Positions 43,040 through 57,620 of a stretch of 64,000 bases of DNA are shown here, piece after piece. The stretch is from Octopus vulgaris. Taxonomy: Eukaryota. Position 1 is the first letter of the stretch; the number at the start of each line of letters is the position of its first letter. The DNA lies in contig OX597818.1 in the NCBI GenBank assembly GCA_951406725.2, positions 143,778,001-143,842,000 on the forward strand, written 5' to 3'. The translations under genes were made by a program, and so were the position numbers. The notes under the pieces are model-generated. The model was not told the DNA's origin, ran no database searches, and worked only from the letters and a program-made list of their open reading frames with translations.

Positions 43040-44270
43040 CTATGTCAAAGCCACAGCAACTTTCCTTGTTCCAGCTAAGAGCTGGAAACACTCCTAGCAG
43101 ATATCTAAACGGCCTCTCCTTTATTGAGGAGGAAGAATGCATGACAATGTGTCATCTTTAAAGTAGAGGGTGGAGTGAATGATACGTTTACTTACAAGAA
43201 AGTCACTCAGTATTAAGGAAAAAAAACACGGAATCACAGTCAGACACATCGGTGACAATCTCGATCTTTGGTTAGTAGTCACCCTCGTGAAACAGTATGA
43301 GCAGATGACCAGTGCAGCCATTGCTTTTGGCGATATCTAGTCGAGTGGTCTTACCGCGGACTACAAGTCCTCGCAACTCCAAAAGACTACTAAAAAATTC
43401 CAGGAAATTTTCTATGGAGGGTGCTGAAAGGGAGACCTTATAACTCTGTATCAAAGGTAGATGGCCCAGCTGCTACTCATGTGGAAGTAAAACCTGTTGA
43501 AGGGTTTCCTACGCAGAAAGCCAAAAATGAACAAAAGCAATAACAGCCATAGCAATTCACTGAGGTTTCCGAATCGAAGGCGACACGAGGCTCAACACAT
43601 AAATCAACAAATTAAAATTACTCCGTCATCATTGCCATGAGAAGAATGAAACCCATCTCCAATGTCAACCAGTGAAGATAAGAAAAGAGTTCACCCATAA
43701 CAACAATAGCAGCTAAAACTAAACGGCAGAAAAACTCACTTAACAGTAATACTACTCAATCTAGTGAAGAGGTCGGGGCCGAGACTGAAGCTAAAGGGAA
43801 GGTGCTTTCTTCAAATGCTGAAAAAGTCCCGATAAAAAACAAAGAATTTTTTTTTAAGTCATAAAAAAATCACGGTGCAAGGTAGGTCTGTGAAAAGGAG
43901 ATATTCTCCGCTGAGGAAGAACTCATGAAGAAGAGTCTGTACTTGATGAGGAGGAACCAGCCTCCACTCTTGAGACAAGGAAACTCAAAGCCGTTCGCAA
44001 GATAACAAAGTTCTATGACATTTATACGATCCACACGAGGAATAACCAAACGAATTTCTGAGTGCAGAAAATCGGATCAGATTTTAAATAGCCTCCCCAC
44101 CACCACCACCAAAAATAAACAGTACAAATTTCGAATGGATCTTATGAAATATTATGTCAATGATCTAGAGGACGCAAGTCTTCACTTTCCCATTGTGACC
44201 ACAGAGCTCCTTATAGAAGATTTTGGAACTTTCAGCTATGAAAAATACAAGAGGGAGGTAGAGTGAGTGA
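43040..44270 (+). mobile_element. Possible decayed retroelement ORF1/gag-like remnant
   Basis: Purine-rich, coding-like composition with many stops. ~43450-43500 reads IKGRWPSCYSCGSKTC, resembling the GRxPxCxxCGxxxH knuckle of LINE ORF1 proteins. The evidence is weak. Confidence 0.35.
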
Positions 44271-44644
44271 AGAGGTACAATAATCAATGCAAGTGGAGTT
44301 AAATTCTTGTAAAGAAATGCTGTTTTAAATATTGTTTTATCATACAAAAGTATCACTTTATATATTTGTTAGCATTTTCATAAGTTTTTGATTCGTCCCA
44401 TTTTACATTGTAGAATGTCCGTTAACTTTCCCCTTGTCTTTGAATAACTTGTCCAACCCATACATCTCTTTGTGCCTCTTTTAACGTTTCCTTGTACTTT
44501 TCTACGAAGGATGTCTTCGAGTCCTTATGGTTAATAAAGAAAAGTTTGGGTGGTGGATTGGAAGACTTGTCAGCGTACTTTGGCGTATTTGTTCCATTTC
44601 TTTGCGTACTAAATTCAAACACCGCCGGGGACTACTTTTCCAGT

Positions 44645-44815
44645 CTTTCTTTCAGAGTAGATAAAATAGAGTGCTGGTTAAATACGAGGGAGAATGAAAA
44701 CGACTGACACTCTCCCTAAAATTGCTGGCCTTTTGCCAAAGGTTAAAACCATTATTATTACTGCGACGTCAACTTTGCTTTTCATTCCTCCGAATTCAAT
44801 AAAATAAAGTACCAA
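44645..44815 (+). mobile_element. Two adjacent Meta-like SINE fragments
   Basis: ctccctaaaattgctggccttttgccaaaggttaaaaccattatta (3' tail) is followed by gacgtcaactttgcttttcattcctccg...aaaataaagtacca (core). Confidence 0.5.
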
Positions 44816-45018
44816 GTATTAGTAGTTTTTACTTACATCAAAGTCATAAAACATGCCATTGCTGGAGTTTTTTTTCTTTTTTTTTTTCAATCAGTCCATA
44901 AACCTATGAGTCTTATATTCTCTGAATAGTTTCCTTCTTTTTACTACATTCTTATAATTCACAATAGACTTGTATGTTTGTGTACAAAATAATGGTATGG
45001 TTACACGTATACATGAAT

Positions 45019-45110
45019 GTGTGTGTGTGTAGGAGGAGAGTGTGTATGTGTGTGTGTAGGAGGAGAGTGTGTATGTGTGTGTGTAGGAGGAGAGTGTGTA
45101 TGTGTGTGTG
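45019..45110. repeat. 27-bp minisatellite x3
   Basis: Unit gtgtgtgtaggaggagagtgtgtatgt repeated three times. Confidence 0.9.
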
Positions 45111-45321
45111 TGTGTGTGCATATGTGTTTTCATAATTTACTAAGCTGAGACCGGTTTGTATTATACATCAATAAATTGTTGTGTGGTTAGATACATTTTC
45201 AGGGTCATTACAACGCTTGTATTGAGCATGATATATGAAGCATGACTATGACGATCATGAAATAAAAGTCATAATATAACTAGTTATCTGGTATATTTTT
45301 AATGCATTTTCATATATTACT

Positions 45322-45360
<39 letters not shown>

Positions 45361-46951
45361 TATAGATATTAAGATAATCATTGACCCTTCTATTCAATTG
45401 GATATCAAATTAAAATGCTGGGCTACCACAGCATATGAAAACTTTCAAATTATCTTATTTTGAGTAGGTAAGGATCTAGACGGTAGCACATGACACACAC
45501 AAAAAAAATGTTAGTGTATATCTGTTACTCTAAAATACAATAAAACAAATATTTAATAAAAGGCTCTAACAGCTATTTTTCTTTTCTTTTTGCCCCCTTC
45601 AATGAAAACCATGAGTGGAGTGAAATATAGCGTTGATCAACTTCCCTGACGTTTTCGATGCAAAATTAACCGTAAATTGAATGACTATGATACTCGGATA
45701 AATACAAATATTATACTAATATTCGTTAAAACTTCATATTAAAGCAGTAAGTATATGCTTAATGATGAGATCTAGTTATCAAGTAAATTCAAACATTCAC
45801 CAAACCTATTACCCGATTAATTTGCACTTTAGTTTAGTTTGTATGCATTTATATTATTTTGGGGAAACGTTTCTTTGAAAATCTGTCCATCTTATTGTCT
45901 GTCTGTCTTCATACGTTTACATCTATTAACACATTTAATTCTATGATTTAGATTTCAATGTACAATACTCCTTCCTTGCCAACCGCAACCTGCTGGCATC
46001 TTCCAAATGAAACTCTGCTTGTGATCTTCATTCACGTCCATCTAACAAGCTTCGACACATACATTTATAGACACACCGTACAAAGGAAATAGGAAATATA
46101 CAGGTATGGGTATAAACTCAACACAAACAAATACAAACACATCTCACATAGATTAAAGCATGCAGGCACACGCACCAAGCATACAACCACTACTAACACT
46201 CACATACACTGACATACAACACCATCACAAGCACACTCACGCAAATGCAACCATCTCTAGCAAACATGCACATACAGCAGTTTCAAGCACGTACACAATA
46301 CAACAATTATATCACGCTAACTCAACCATAACTAACACACAAACACTTCCACAACACAGAAACCTACTTTAATGACATGTTGAAACCCTTTAATAATGTT
46401 AAAGCACCACTGGCAAGTCAGTTCTGAGATTATAAATTTCCAACGCTGATAATGTCTCCACGCAAGAACAACTAAAATTAAGTGGTATGCACAAGAGTAT
46501 AGTATATAAGCTATAAAGTTGTAGTACATTTACATGACTTCAATCCAGTGATAACCCGGTGTATCAGTGTCTATAAATGAAATATCTAACAGTTTCGTGA
46601 ACAGAAGCAAATGTACAAGGTAATTAATGTTGCACTCTATGGAAGAAACAAAAGAAATTTCAACGTTTCAGGCAGTGGCCCGACGACCAGACAAAACCAG
46701 AGGAGAAAAGAAGGGGTGGAGGAATAAGTTTCGTGGACGCACTGTTTTCAAATCAAAGTTACGCAATGAAATGAATGTCACCATGTAGCTTTCACTGCAT
46801 AACTCTGATTCTACAAACTTTTTCTTTGTTGTTGAGTTGATGTTGTTGTTGTTGTTGTTGTTCTTCTTCTTCTTTTTCTTCTTCTTCTTTCTTTTTCTTC
46901 TTCTTCTTCTTCTTCTTCTTCTTCTTCTTCTCATCATCATCATCATCATCA

Positions 46952-47016
<65 letters not shown>

Positions 47017-47432
47017 GAGTGAGAGAGCAGTGCATGCCATCAAAGTGACACTGGGGTAAAATATACGAAGCCCATTATATCCATCATGATTGCCCACCAG
47101 ACACATGCATCACAACCATATGTGCGCGACATGGTGATCTTATATCAAGATTAACAGCACATAATCTTGCTGGTGGGCCCACTTGGAATTTTCTTCAGGT
47201 CGAGTAACCCATCCCGCTCAATGGGTCCCTGAATATCCAAACCTGAATTATCCAAACCCCTAAGAATTCCTCCCAACACATGGCTATGATAGTCCCCCAC
47301 TACTTCTGCTCGTGATCAGAGATGCACATATCGTCAGCCGCTATGGGATATGTTCAACTGGTTAAAGTCAAACAACTGATAAGCGAACTGGTTACGGTCA
47401 AACAACTGACAAGCAAATCTGTGGTATTGAGC
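47017..47432 (-). mobile_element. Non-coding element embedded between two (TAA)n tracts, probably retroposed
   Basis: A ~415-bp, more GC-rich complex block has sharp boundaries against (ATT)n on both sides and an internal 30-bp tandem duplication (47356-47385 / 47386-47415). Orientation is inferred from the neighbouring LINE. Confidence 0.55.
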
Positions 47433-47461
47433 TTATTATGTTATTATTATTATTATTATTA

Positions 47462-47534
<73 letters not shown>

Positions 47535-47535
<1 letters not shown>

Positions 47536-47760
47536 TGCACAGCTTCTAAAGCTGGCGATGTACTACGGTGCCAACTAAGGTAACACCCCTTATTTTTCGA
47601 GCACCATCCGGAGTATTCGAGCGGTTCCAAGCAGTACTGTTTTCTGTAAGTGCTCCACCCTTATTACAGCCCCAATTTGTTCCATGTACTTCTCAAGGTT
47701 TTTACTCATTGTTCCCAGGACTCCGACAATTATTGGTACTACTACCAACTTTTTCATATG
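47535..47760 (-). mobile_element. 3' end of an R4/Dong-like RLE LINE terminating in (TAA)n
   Basis: 47757-47590 encodes MKKLVVVPIIVGVLGTMSKNLEKYMEQIGAVIRVEHLQKTVLLGTARILRMVLEK*, matching the VVPxIxGxLG...LQKxxLLGTARILR C-terminus of R4-clade proteins. A short 3'UTR is followed by the (TAA)n array at ~47441-47534. Confidence 0.85.
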
Positions 47761-48288
47761 AAAGCAGAATGGAGCAAGTCCACGTCTAAAAGACTGAGAA
47801 ATATGACAGTTTAACCATCAAATTGAGTAACAAAGTCGTAAGTTAAAATATGAAAAGCTATCACAGATTTAGGTCCTGTTAAAAGGGCTCATTATTGATA
47901 TAGAAAAGATGAATAAGCATACATGCTATTTTATGTACTGAAATTGTTGTAAGGAGATGATGTTGATAGTGTAAGCAGTGATGGAAATGGTGAGGAGCAG
48001 TGTTAGATGAAACGAAAGTTATATTTTGTCAACTGGTGTATTGACGAAGCTGGTAGTGCTGTGGTGTTGATGAAGGCAATGGTTTTGATCATCTATTGCA
48101 ATCTTGATAGCAAGTGTGATACTGAAATGTAATATCGCAATCAGATACACAGGTACAAGTGTACGAGTTCCGTGATTGCTCTGTATTGTTAAGTGTGTAA
48201 AAGTTATAGATTAACTCAGGATTTATTTTCAGAATAACAGAATAAGTATCATACGTTGTCACCATATGACACTATATCACATTGTGTG

Positions 48289-48349
<61 letters not shown>

Positions 48350-48350
<1 letters not shown>

Positions 48351-48495
48351 GACAGTTTCCATATATCAGATTCCTTTCACAAGCTGTTGGTCAATCTAAG
48401 GCTATGGTAAGGCAATTCCAAGGTGACACGCACTGGGATCGAAACCGAAGTACGTGGTTGCAAAGTGAACTTCTCAACTATGCAGCAATGCCTGT
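48350..48495 (-). mobile_element. Degenerate tRNA/CORE-like SINE head (family B)
   Basis: cagtttcc...ttggtc...ggctat...ccaaggtgacacgcactgggatcgaaacc...gtggttgcaaag matches 51880-52020. Confidence 0.7.
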
Positions 48496-50933
48496 GTCTG
48501 TATGTATGCATGCATGCATGTATGTATGTATGTATGTATGTATGTATGTACGTATGTATGTATGTATGTATGTATGTATGTATGTATGTATGTATGTATG
48601 TATGTATGTATGTATGTATGTATGTATGTATGTATGTATGTATGTATGTACGTATGTATGTATGTAAGTATATATTATGTATGTGAGAAAGTTTGGAGGC
48701 ATAGCATGTACCTGATTTGTGACGGTAAATTTTTGAGCGATCTAAGTCAGCGACCTGGTTTCAGGTTCTGTGAGAACCCGACGCTTCTCTAAATGTCTAA
48801 GATATTTGAAAAAGGCTCGGATGATTCAATTTGCCATTTCTTCTCATGTTTCATGGCCTATATTATTATTGGTTATTATTCTTGTTTCGTTTTCCGTGGC
48901 CAGAATATATTAGTCAATACTTTCAAATTGATGCACTTGATAATAAAATATTAGAGAAAGATGAAGGCAGAACTATTGCGATAACGATTGGATAGTTGCA
49001 TTGCCTCATGGCTGGTTGGTTAGTTGGTTTGTAGAGCGATGATGCTTTTATTTGGTTATATGTTCTTTTGATACTTTTATTTTCTATACTTACCAGTTAT
49101 CAGACATAAACTCAGTAGTATTTATTCAATCATGAACTAATATGATGCTAATATTTATTTAGACGTTTATAGCCCGTTGAATCATTAGGTCGATAACAAT
49201 GTGAAACAAAATAAGGTGAACAAAATAAATAAATAACACACCAGATGGTCTAAGATCAATATCGCATCATGAAGCAATGCACAGTCGAAAGTGGAAAGTG
49301 TTTGCCTAGTACTCATTAATCAAGACGGCCATGGTACAGCCCATCCGGACCAACTTCGATGTGGGTCGTTCATCGCATAAGAAAAAAATGCTGGTGGTGA
49401 TAGTGAAAAGTCGACAACGACGAAGGTGACTATCAAGATAGTTACAAACAATGGAGGTCATGATGGTTGTGATAATGATGCTCATGTCGACGACGAAAAC
49501 GACTACAAAAAATGAGTGATGATGATGATCATCATCATCAACAGCAGCAGTGACAACAGCAGCAACAACAGTAGCAGCAGCAGCAGTGACAACAGCAACA
49601 GCAGAATCGTCGCTGTCAACATCTTCATCATCATCATCATCATCATCATCATTATGTCTACGATGATAAAAATAACATGAAAAGAATGATGATGACAACG
49701 TTGATGATAATGAAGACCACGACAATGATGAAGATGGCGATGATCATCATCATTGTCGTCGTCGACGTCGTGGTCTTCATCATCATCACCATCGCCGTCG
49801 TCATCATCATCATCATTATCATCATGTCTACGATGATGAAAATAACATGAAAAGAATGATGATGACAACGATGACGAGGATGTATTATAGATAACAAGAT
49901 GAAAACATAGTTTTCATCTGTTACGCTTATATATTTATTTATAAATACTTATTGATCCTGCACAGTAAATTTGTGAGTCGATCGTAATCGTCTGCACTTA
50001 GACAAACTAATTATTTGTCGTCTGCTCGCTAAGTAATTCGAGGAGCGAATTAAATCTCCCATGTTTTACGTAAGGATGTTATGGTTTGTTTGTTGGGGTG
50101 TTTGGATGAGTAAACAGATGGATGGATATAGAGAGGAAATGATAGGAGCTGGATGAGAACTAACAAGGAATAGAAGTAAATGTTCGGTTGATTAGATGTT
50201 TGGGAAGTATATTTGATTCAATGACTGAATGGATGGGTTTATGGCGGAGGAACAGCTGGGAGAATGTAAAGGAAGGCCGAGAAGTAGAGGGAATGTGCGA
50301 TCAGTTGGTTGATTTGATTTTTGGAAGGTGTGTCTGACCCTTTCGCTCGACGGTTGGTTGAATTGTAAAATGGTTGATTGCATAAGTGAATGGATGGGTG
50401 GGTGCTTAAATGGACAACTTGGCGCACGAATGGAAAGATGGACGACCAACTTGATGAGAAAATGGATCCTTGGATGGCTCGATTGGCATGTGGATGAATG
50501 CGTGTATGGCTGCTGGTTTGATGGATGATGAATGGAGATACGGATAAACAGCTGGCTAGATAGATGGACGGACAGTTGCATGATGGGATGAATTGCTGGC
50601 TAGGGAAATAGATGTAAATATAAAAGTTCTCATTTGCTTGTTTGAGGTGTGAGATTGTCTGATTCGTTGTTTCGTTTTCTTTGTATGTCTATCTTGTTAT
50701 CTATTGACAAAAGTCCTTTGGTTTCTTCTATGTTTAATTGAATTCTTATATTAAATATGGACAGGGGTTGAATAGTATCAAAAGAATTTTAATTTTAGTT
50801 CTCTTTTGTGATGTTGCTGTTATAAATGATATTGTTTCATAGCATCCCTCGTTAAAAACGTTTGTCAAACAAAAATTATCAATAAAACGAATTACGTATT
50901 GGTTTATTTCAAATAGGATTCAACCAACTGTAT

Positions 50934-51130
50934 GCTTTTCTACTCAAGGCACAAAGCCCAAAATTTTGGGGGAGGAGTCCTGTCGATTAGACCGACCCCA
51001 GTACGCAACTGGTACTTAATTTATCTACCCCGAAAGGATGAAAGGCAAAGTCGACCTCGACGGAATTTGAACTCAGAACGTAAACACAGACGAAATAAGC
51101 ATTTCGCCCGGCGTGCTAACGTTTCTGCCA
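50934..51130 (-). mobile_element. tRNA/Meta-like SINE
   Basis: Core and head are near-identical to 37494-37636 (cgaccccagtacgcaactggtacttaatttatc...gaaaggatgaaaggcaaagtcgacctc...catttcgcccggcgtgctaac), but the 3' tail differs. Confidence 0.85.
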
Positions 51131-51628
51131 GACAAAGAAATGAAGTATTCTGATGTTGCTACTTTCTCAAGAGCATTGGGGATGTCAGTAAGGTGGAACT
51201 GTCACAACCAGAAATCAAATCCGGGATCAGATTCCCAGCTAAAGTGTCGTTGATTCAAGAAACACTAAAATCAAGAAATTTAGAAGTAGACGAAACTATG
51301 TTTTCATTTTTATGCCTATAGTTGTATGAACGTTATATTTGTATAGTTGTATGAACGTTATCATATGTCTCTGTATGTTTACACGTGTGATCCCTGTATG
51401 TTTACATGTGTGTTGATATTAGTACTTACACGTGTTTAATATTTGCATTTTAAATGCTGCGCTCAGGTGATAATATATTGTATTTCTACAAAAACTGGGC
51501 AATATACTTAATCCCTTTAAGGGACACCAAACCATTAAACTATTTGTTTATATGTTGTTACATAGCGATAAATACTGCTTAAGAGAAACAATAAAGTTAT
51601 ATGAAGATCTTTCTTTCTTTTAGATTTA

Positions 51629-52024
51629 TACTCTTTACTCTTTTACTTGTTTCAGTCATTTGACTGCGGCCATGCTGGAGCACCGCCTTTAATCGAGCAA
51701 CTCGACCCCGGGACTTATTCTTTTGTAAGCCCAGTAGTTATTCTATCGGTCTCTTTTGCCGAACCGCTAAGTGACGGGGACATAAACACACCAGCATCGG
51801 TTGTCAAGCAATGCTAGGGGGACAAACACAGACACACAAACACACACACGTATATATACATATATACGACGGGCTTCTTTCAGTTTCCGTCTACCAAATC
51901 CACTCACAAGGCTTTGGTCGGCCCGAGGCTATAGTAGAAGACACTTGCCCAAGGTGCCACGCAGTGGGACTGAACCCAGAACCATGTGGCTGGTAAGCAA
52001 GCTACTTACCACACAGCCACTCCT
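51629..52024 (-). mobile_element. Full-length tRNA/CORE-like SINE (family B)
   Basis: Minus strand: AGGAGTGGCTGTGTGGTAAG (A box)...GGGTTCAGTCCC (B box)...GCACCTTGGGCAAGTG (CORE/MIR-like), an internal TA/GT microsatellite, and the tail GAAACAAGTAAAAGAGTAAAGAGTA. Confidence 0.88.
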
Positions 52025-52066
52025 CTTCAATTAATTTACTTGTTAACTTTATAATTATGCAATATA

Positions 52067-52126
52067 TGATTGATTGATTGATTCTAGTTTCAGCTCATGA
52101 GCTGTGGCCATGCTGGGGCACCGCCA
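52067..52126 (-). mobile_element. Short 3' tail of a related SINE with (TCAA)n end
   Basis: gtttcagctcatgagctgtggccatgctggggcaccgcc parallels gtttcagtcatttgactgcggccatgctggagcaccgcc at 51649-51687. Confidence 0.6.
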
Positions 52127-52580
52127 TTATATAACTTCTAAGTTTAAGAAGTCACTTGGGAATTATCCCGAAACAAAAAGAAATATGAATATTATAATAA
52201 ATACAATATTGTAAGTAATAAACTTTAAAGAATTTTGTTAGCCAGAACAAGTGCCAGTGCGCATGGTCTTTATTTTCATGGGCTGTGGAGGGATGAAAGA
52301 TGAAGGTGAACTCACAAGACGATAATAACTTCTAATCAGTTTTAATAAAGAATCATGAAGAAGGCCTCTTCCGGCTTGCTGCTATTTCTAAAACCCGTCA
52401 GTAACAAAGAAGACATATTCCTTCCCACCACTCAACACTCACAACACATGGATTTCATTCTATTCTTCTCTTTGATATTCTCTCTTTTCATCTACATGCA
52501 CGAATTAAAGAACACACAACACACATACATACAGACAAACACATGTTCATATACTCATAGATGCACAGTAACACACACAC

Positions 52581-52614
<34 letters not shown>

Positions 52615-52963
52615 TTCCTTCACCTTTCGTTCGGTTCTGCACTGCCTCAGGTTACTTCTCTTTGTCCTATCATCGACTGTTCTTCTATCGACACCCGACT
52701 AACTAATCACACCATCTTACATAGAAGTCAAGCGGCGCCCCCTTTAGTTCTAATTTGATATGGAACTAAACTTCTTTCTTGATGACATCACAGATAACTA
52801 ACTACTTTTGATTAACTATTTTGTAAACATCGTTGTCACTATCGTCATCATCATCATCGTCATCACAACCACCTCCATGTCATCTCCAATGACAACTAAA
52901 ACAATTACGCTGATAATAATAATAATAATGATAATAATAATCATAATAATAATAATAATAATG

Positions 52964-53280
<317 letters not shown>

Positions 53281-53481
53281 ATTGTACCCAGAAAGTCTAT
53301 GATGATGACCAAGATCATTAGCTTGATGATCAACATCGAAGATTATGATAACGAAAATCATAAACCTGTTAAGTAGATATGGACACTCTATTATGGTTTT
53401 TCATAAAATGTGCATTTTAGATAGAAATTTTTGTCTAAAAAAAACTTTCTACATAGTTTCAAACGAAGTGGATCGTGTATG

Positions 53482-53557
<76 letters not shown>

Positions 53558-54044
53558 TGTGTGCGTGTGTGTGTGTGTGTGCTTGTTTGTGTGTGTATGT
53601 ATAAGGTTTTATCTTAGAATAATCAATGTTCATGAGTAGCTCTTTCACCGAGGCGTTTTGGCTAGACAACAGCTATTTTACATTCTACATTAATCTTTTT
53701 TCTTTACTTGTTTACCCTTTTATCTTCGAAGAGTTTTTCAATCTGAATTAAGAACTTAGAAAGTAAAAAGATGCAACGAAATTTGGTGGCGGTGAATTTC
53801 GGAGTTCTAGGAAAGTTTTGAACTATTAATTGTAATTTTCAGTTACTATGAAATATATTTTTTTTTTCACTTAACTTAAATGAGAATATATGTACACTCA
53901 CACACATACACACACACACATACACGCACGCACACACAAACACACCCATACAGACATGCATACACATACACATATATAGAGAAAGAGAATGAGTGAAAGA
54001 AAGTGTGTGTGTGTGCGTGCGTGCATACGTGCGCGTGTGCGTAC

Positions 54045-54082
<38 letters not shown>

Positions 54083-55907
54083 TTGTGGCTGTCTGTGTTA
54101 CGTTTCTATATGTGGGTGTGAGATGTACTAAAAAAGGGTATTGTTTGTGTTCCTATAAACCTTCCTGGGGTAATTCCCTCGAAAGCAAATTTCACTTCAT
54201 TGCCCTCGTCTTAAACTTTCTAATCTTCTTTACTTAACTATTTTCTTTGTCTTTATTTTCTGATGTTATTCACTAAAACAAACCAAGACTCTTCTTGCGT
54301 AAAACAGTGACTTCACACTTAGCACCATTACAGATAATTTCCTTTTATACCTATCTATGTGTAAATCCATATGATAGTATATTTCTAAATCTCCACATAA
54401 GTTATATATGCATTTATGAGCATATATAAATTAATACACACATATACAAATTTATATATCAATTTATGCATATGTATATGTGTGTGTATGTAGCTACTCA
54501 TGATTCTATTTATCTATCTATCAATAATATATATATATATATATATAATCAAAGGGCATACAAAGTATGTCTACCTGCTGGAGATAACAGTCAAAACTAA
54601 TTTAAATCGCCAAAATATTTTCTCGTGAATTATTTGCTCCGTATTGAAATTATATATATATGTGTGTGTGTATATATATATGTGTGTGTGTGTGTGTGTA
54701 TACATACATACATACATACATACATACATACATACATACATACATACATACATACATACGTATATATGTATATATATGTATGTATGTATCTATGTATCTA
54801 TGTAAAATATGAGCGCGTGTCTGTGTTAATGCAGAAAGAGATAAAAACTTTTCCATACTAAGCGTATAACTCACAAATAACTCATGAAAATATTTTAATA
54901 GAAATAAAATATTATATTCTAGAATTTCTTTTAGCTAGATTCCGTTTGAATTAGAAACAGAGATATTATAACGTAACAATGAAATGTCACTGTTTCTGTC
55001 ATCCATGAATAAAAGTTTCGTACAAACTATCTTTTTAGTTCAGGAGTTTCTAACATATGATACGTGCTACAACAGGGAACTTCCATCTTTAGCATCTTTT
55101 TCGTTATCAACACAGTTACACGTGTGCGCATGCACGCACACACATGTAACAATAATATTGTTAGTATTAAAATAATAACAATGATAACAAACAGTAACAA
55201 AAACCACAACCAAATATGTTATATTAATTTACAGTTAACCTTCAATTAATTTAATTATTGTTCAAAGATTTTACGATTTATAAGATGTTTAAAATAATTT
55301 GTGATTAAATTCTAGTTAGCGTTACGCTAATGGCACCTAGATACTTTTGATATTCTGCATATTCAGTTACAAACATACGCACAAGTATACACAGACACAG
55401 ACACATATACACAGAGGTACACACCCATACATATACACACATCTATATAAATAAATATATATACATATATATATACGTATATATATATATATAATAATAA
55501 TAATAATATATATATATATGAATACATACATACATACATACATTTATACTAGATGTACATCACTCAATTACTATTATAAAATCTGCGGAGCCCTCGGCCA
55601 GTCTTGTATAATTTATGTAATTCTTAGTCTGCATTGTGTGCTGTCCATGGACTGTGGTTTTGCTATTTCAAGAAGAAGCATAAAAAAACTAATACACGCG
55701 CCTCACGCGCGCGCACACATACACACACACACACACAAACACATAGACGCATACACACACACACAAGTACATGCACGCACATATAAATACATGTATGTAT
55801 TTTATCTGCAGGACTGGACCTGTGTGTGTGTGTTTATATGTACATGCATGTGAACATACATACATACATACATACATACATACATACATACATACACACA
55901 CACATAC

Positions 55908-55938
<31 letters not shown>

Positions 55939-56162
55939 CATACATACATACGTGTGTGTGCGTGTGTGTCTGTGTCTGTGTGTGTGTGTGTGTCTATGTT
56001 TTGCTTGCTGGTAAATGGAAACTAATGAATTAAAAGAATTCTCTTTTGATTAAGTGTAGAACAATACTATAATCTTGCAACTTGTTCTCTACATTGTTTT
56101 GGTTTCTCCTAAATATGGAAGTAACAGCAAGGAATAACCAAGAGAAATACCGAACAGCGAGA

Positions 56163-56205
<43 letters not shown>

Positions 56206-56475
56206 CGCGCGCGTGTGTGTGTGTGCGTGTGTAAATGGAAGGTGGGGGAGGAAGTTTGCAAGTGGTAATGGCAGCAAGAAAAAAGTTGGCCGAATCTTGA
56301 GTTTCGTGTTAACATGAGCCAAAGAACAAAAGAACTTTTAACAATCGATATTCCCGATCCCTTTCTGGGTTCTACATCACCCCCCCACCCACCTCAGCTA
56401 TTTCGCCCTAATCCTTTTATTTATTTATTTATTTATTCCATATCTCTCAGTAGTACCGACATTAGCAGTACCACA

Positions 56476-56514
<39 letters not shown>

Positions 56515-56731
56515 TCTATCTCTCTATCCCTATCTCTCTCTCTCTCTATCCCTATCTCTATCTATTTATCTCTATATCTCTCTCTTTCTCTTCTTCCTCT
56601 ACATTTATTGCTCCCCATCTATATTTATTTTCCCTTTACTTTACCCTCTTCTCTTGCATTTTACTCTCATCCTCTAACTAATTTTAACTCTCTTTACTTC
56701 TTTTAAACTATCTCTCTCTCTCTCTCTCTCT

Positions 56732-56775
<44 letters not shown>

Positions 56776-56904
56776 CAATCTATCTATTTATTTGTCTGCC
56801 TATTTATCTATCTCTATTCTCACTTTCTTTTCTTTTCTCTTTAACTCTCCCTCTTCTCTCTGCATGTTTTCCCTCCTCCTTACTCATCCTCTTTCTTACA
56901 CATA

Positions 56905-57019
56905 CTCTCTCCTTTCCCTTTCTTACTCTCACTCTCTCCTTTCCCTTTCTTACTCTCACTCTCTCCTTTCCCTTTCTTACTCTCACTCTCTCCTTTCCCT
57001 TTCTTACTCTCACTCTCAT
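56905..57019. repeat. 27-bp pyrimidine-rich minisatellite x4
   Basis: Unit ctctctcctttccctttcttactctca repeated about four times. Confidence 0.9.
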
Positions 57020-57331
57020 ATACGACAATTAAGTTTCCCTTTCAATTTTGCTCCCAATTCAGTTTTTCTTCGTCAAACCCTCTTTCCCCACTTACACTCT
57101 CTCACTTTCTCTCTCTCTCTCTCCCTCTCACGCAGACGCGCACAGAGACACTCAATACTCTCTGTCTCTCTCTCTCTCTCTCTCACATACACACACACAC
57201 ACACACGCACGCACAACATAAAGGCAAAGTACATACACACTCTTTCACTTTCACCTCCATTTAAACCTTTGCTTTTACACATTTTCTTCTCCCTCTTTCT
57301 CCATCTTTTTCAAACATTCACTAACACACAC

Positions 57332-57362
<31 letters not shown>

Positions 57363-57420
57363 TGTATATATATATATAACTCACATATTTATATACGCAT
57401 ACTTTCTGCTCCTATTTATT

Positions 57421-57620
57421 CGCGCACTCTTTCCATTTCTCTTTCTCTATCTCCTACCCATTGTAGCGAGTGAATTACTCTCTAATTCACCCGCTTCCCG
57501 CCATTCCAAGCTGATTGGCGCTGTTTTCTGCCCATCCCCCTTTCTTAGGAACTTTAGCTGTGTTTTCTTCCCGCCATCCATCTGTTTCTTCGGCCATATA
57601 TAGACAGCCAAGTAGTAAGC
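57421..57620. promoter_or_regulatory. Candidate cis-regulatory island
   Basis: A non-repetitive, GC-richer island between microsatellites, with CTGATTGG (CCAAT on minus), two TTCCCGCC, CCATCTGTT (proneural-type E-box) and TATATAG. Motif evidence only. Confidence 0.35.
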
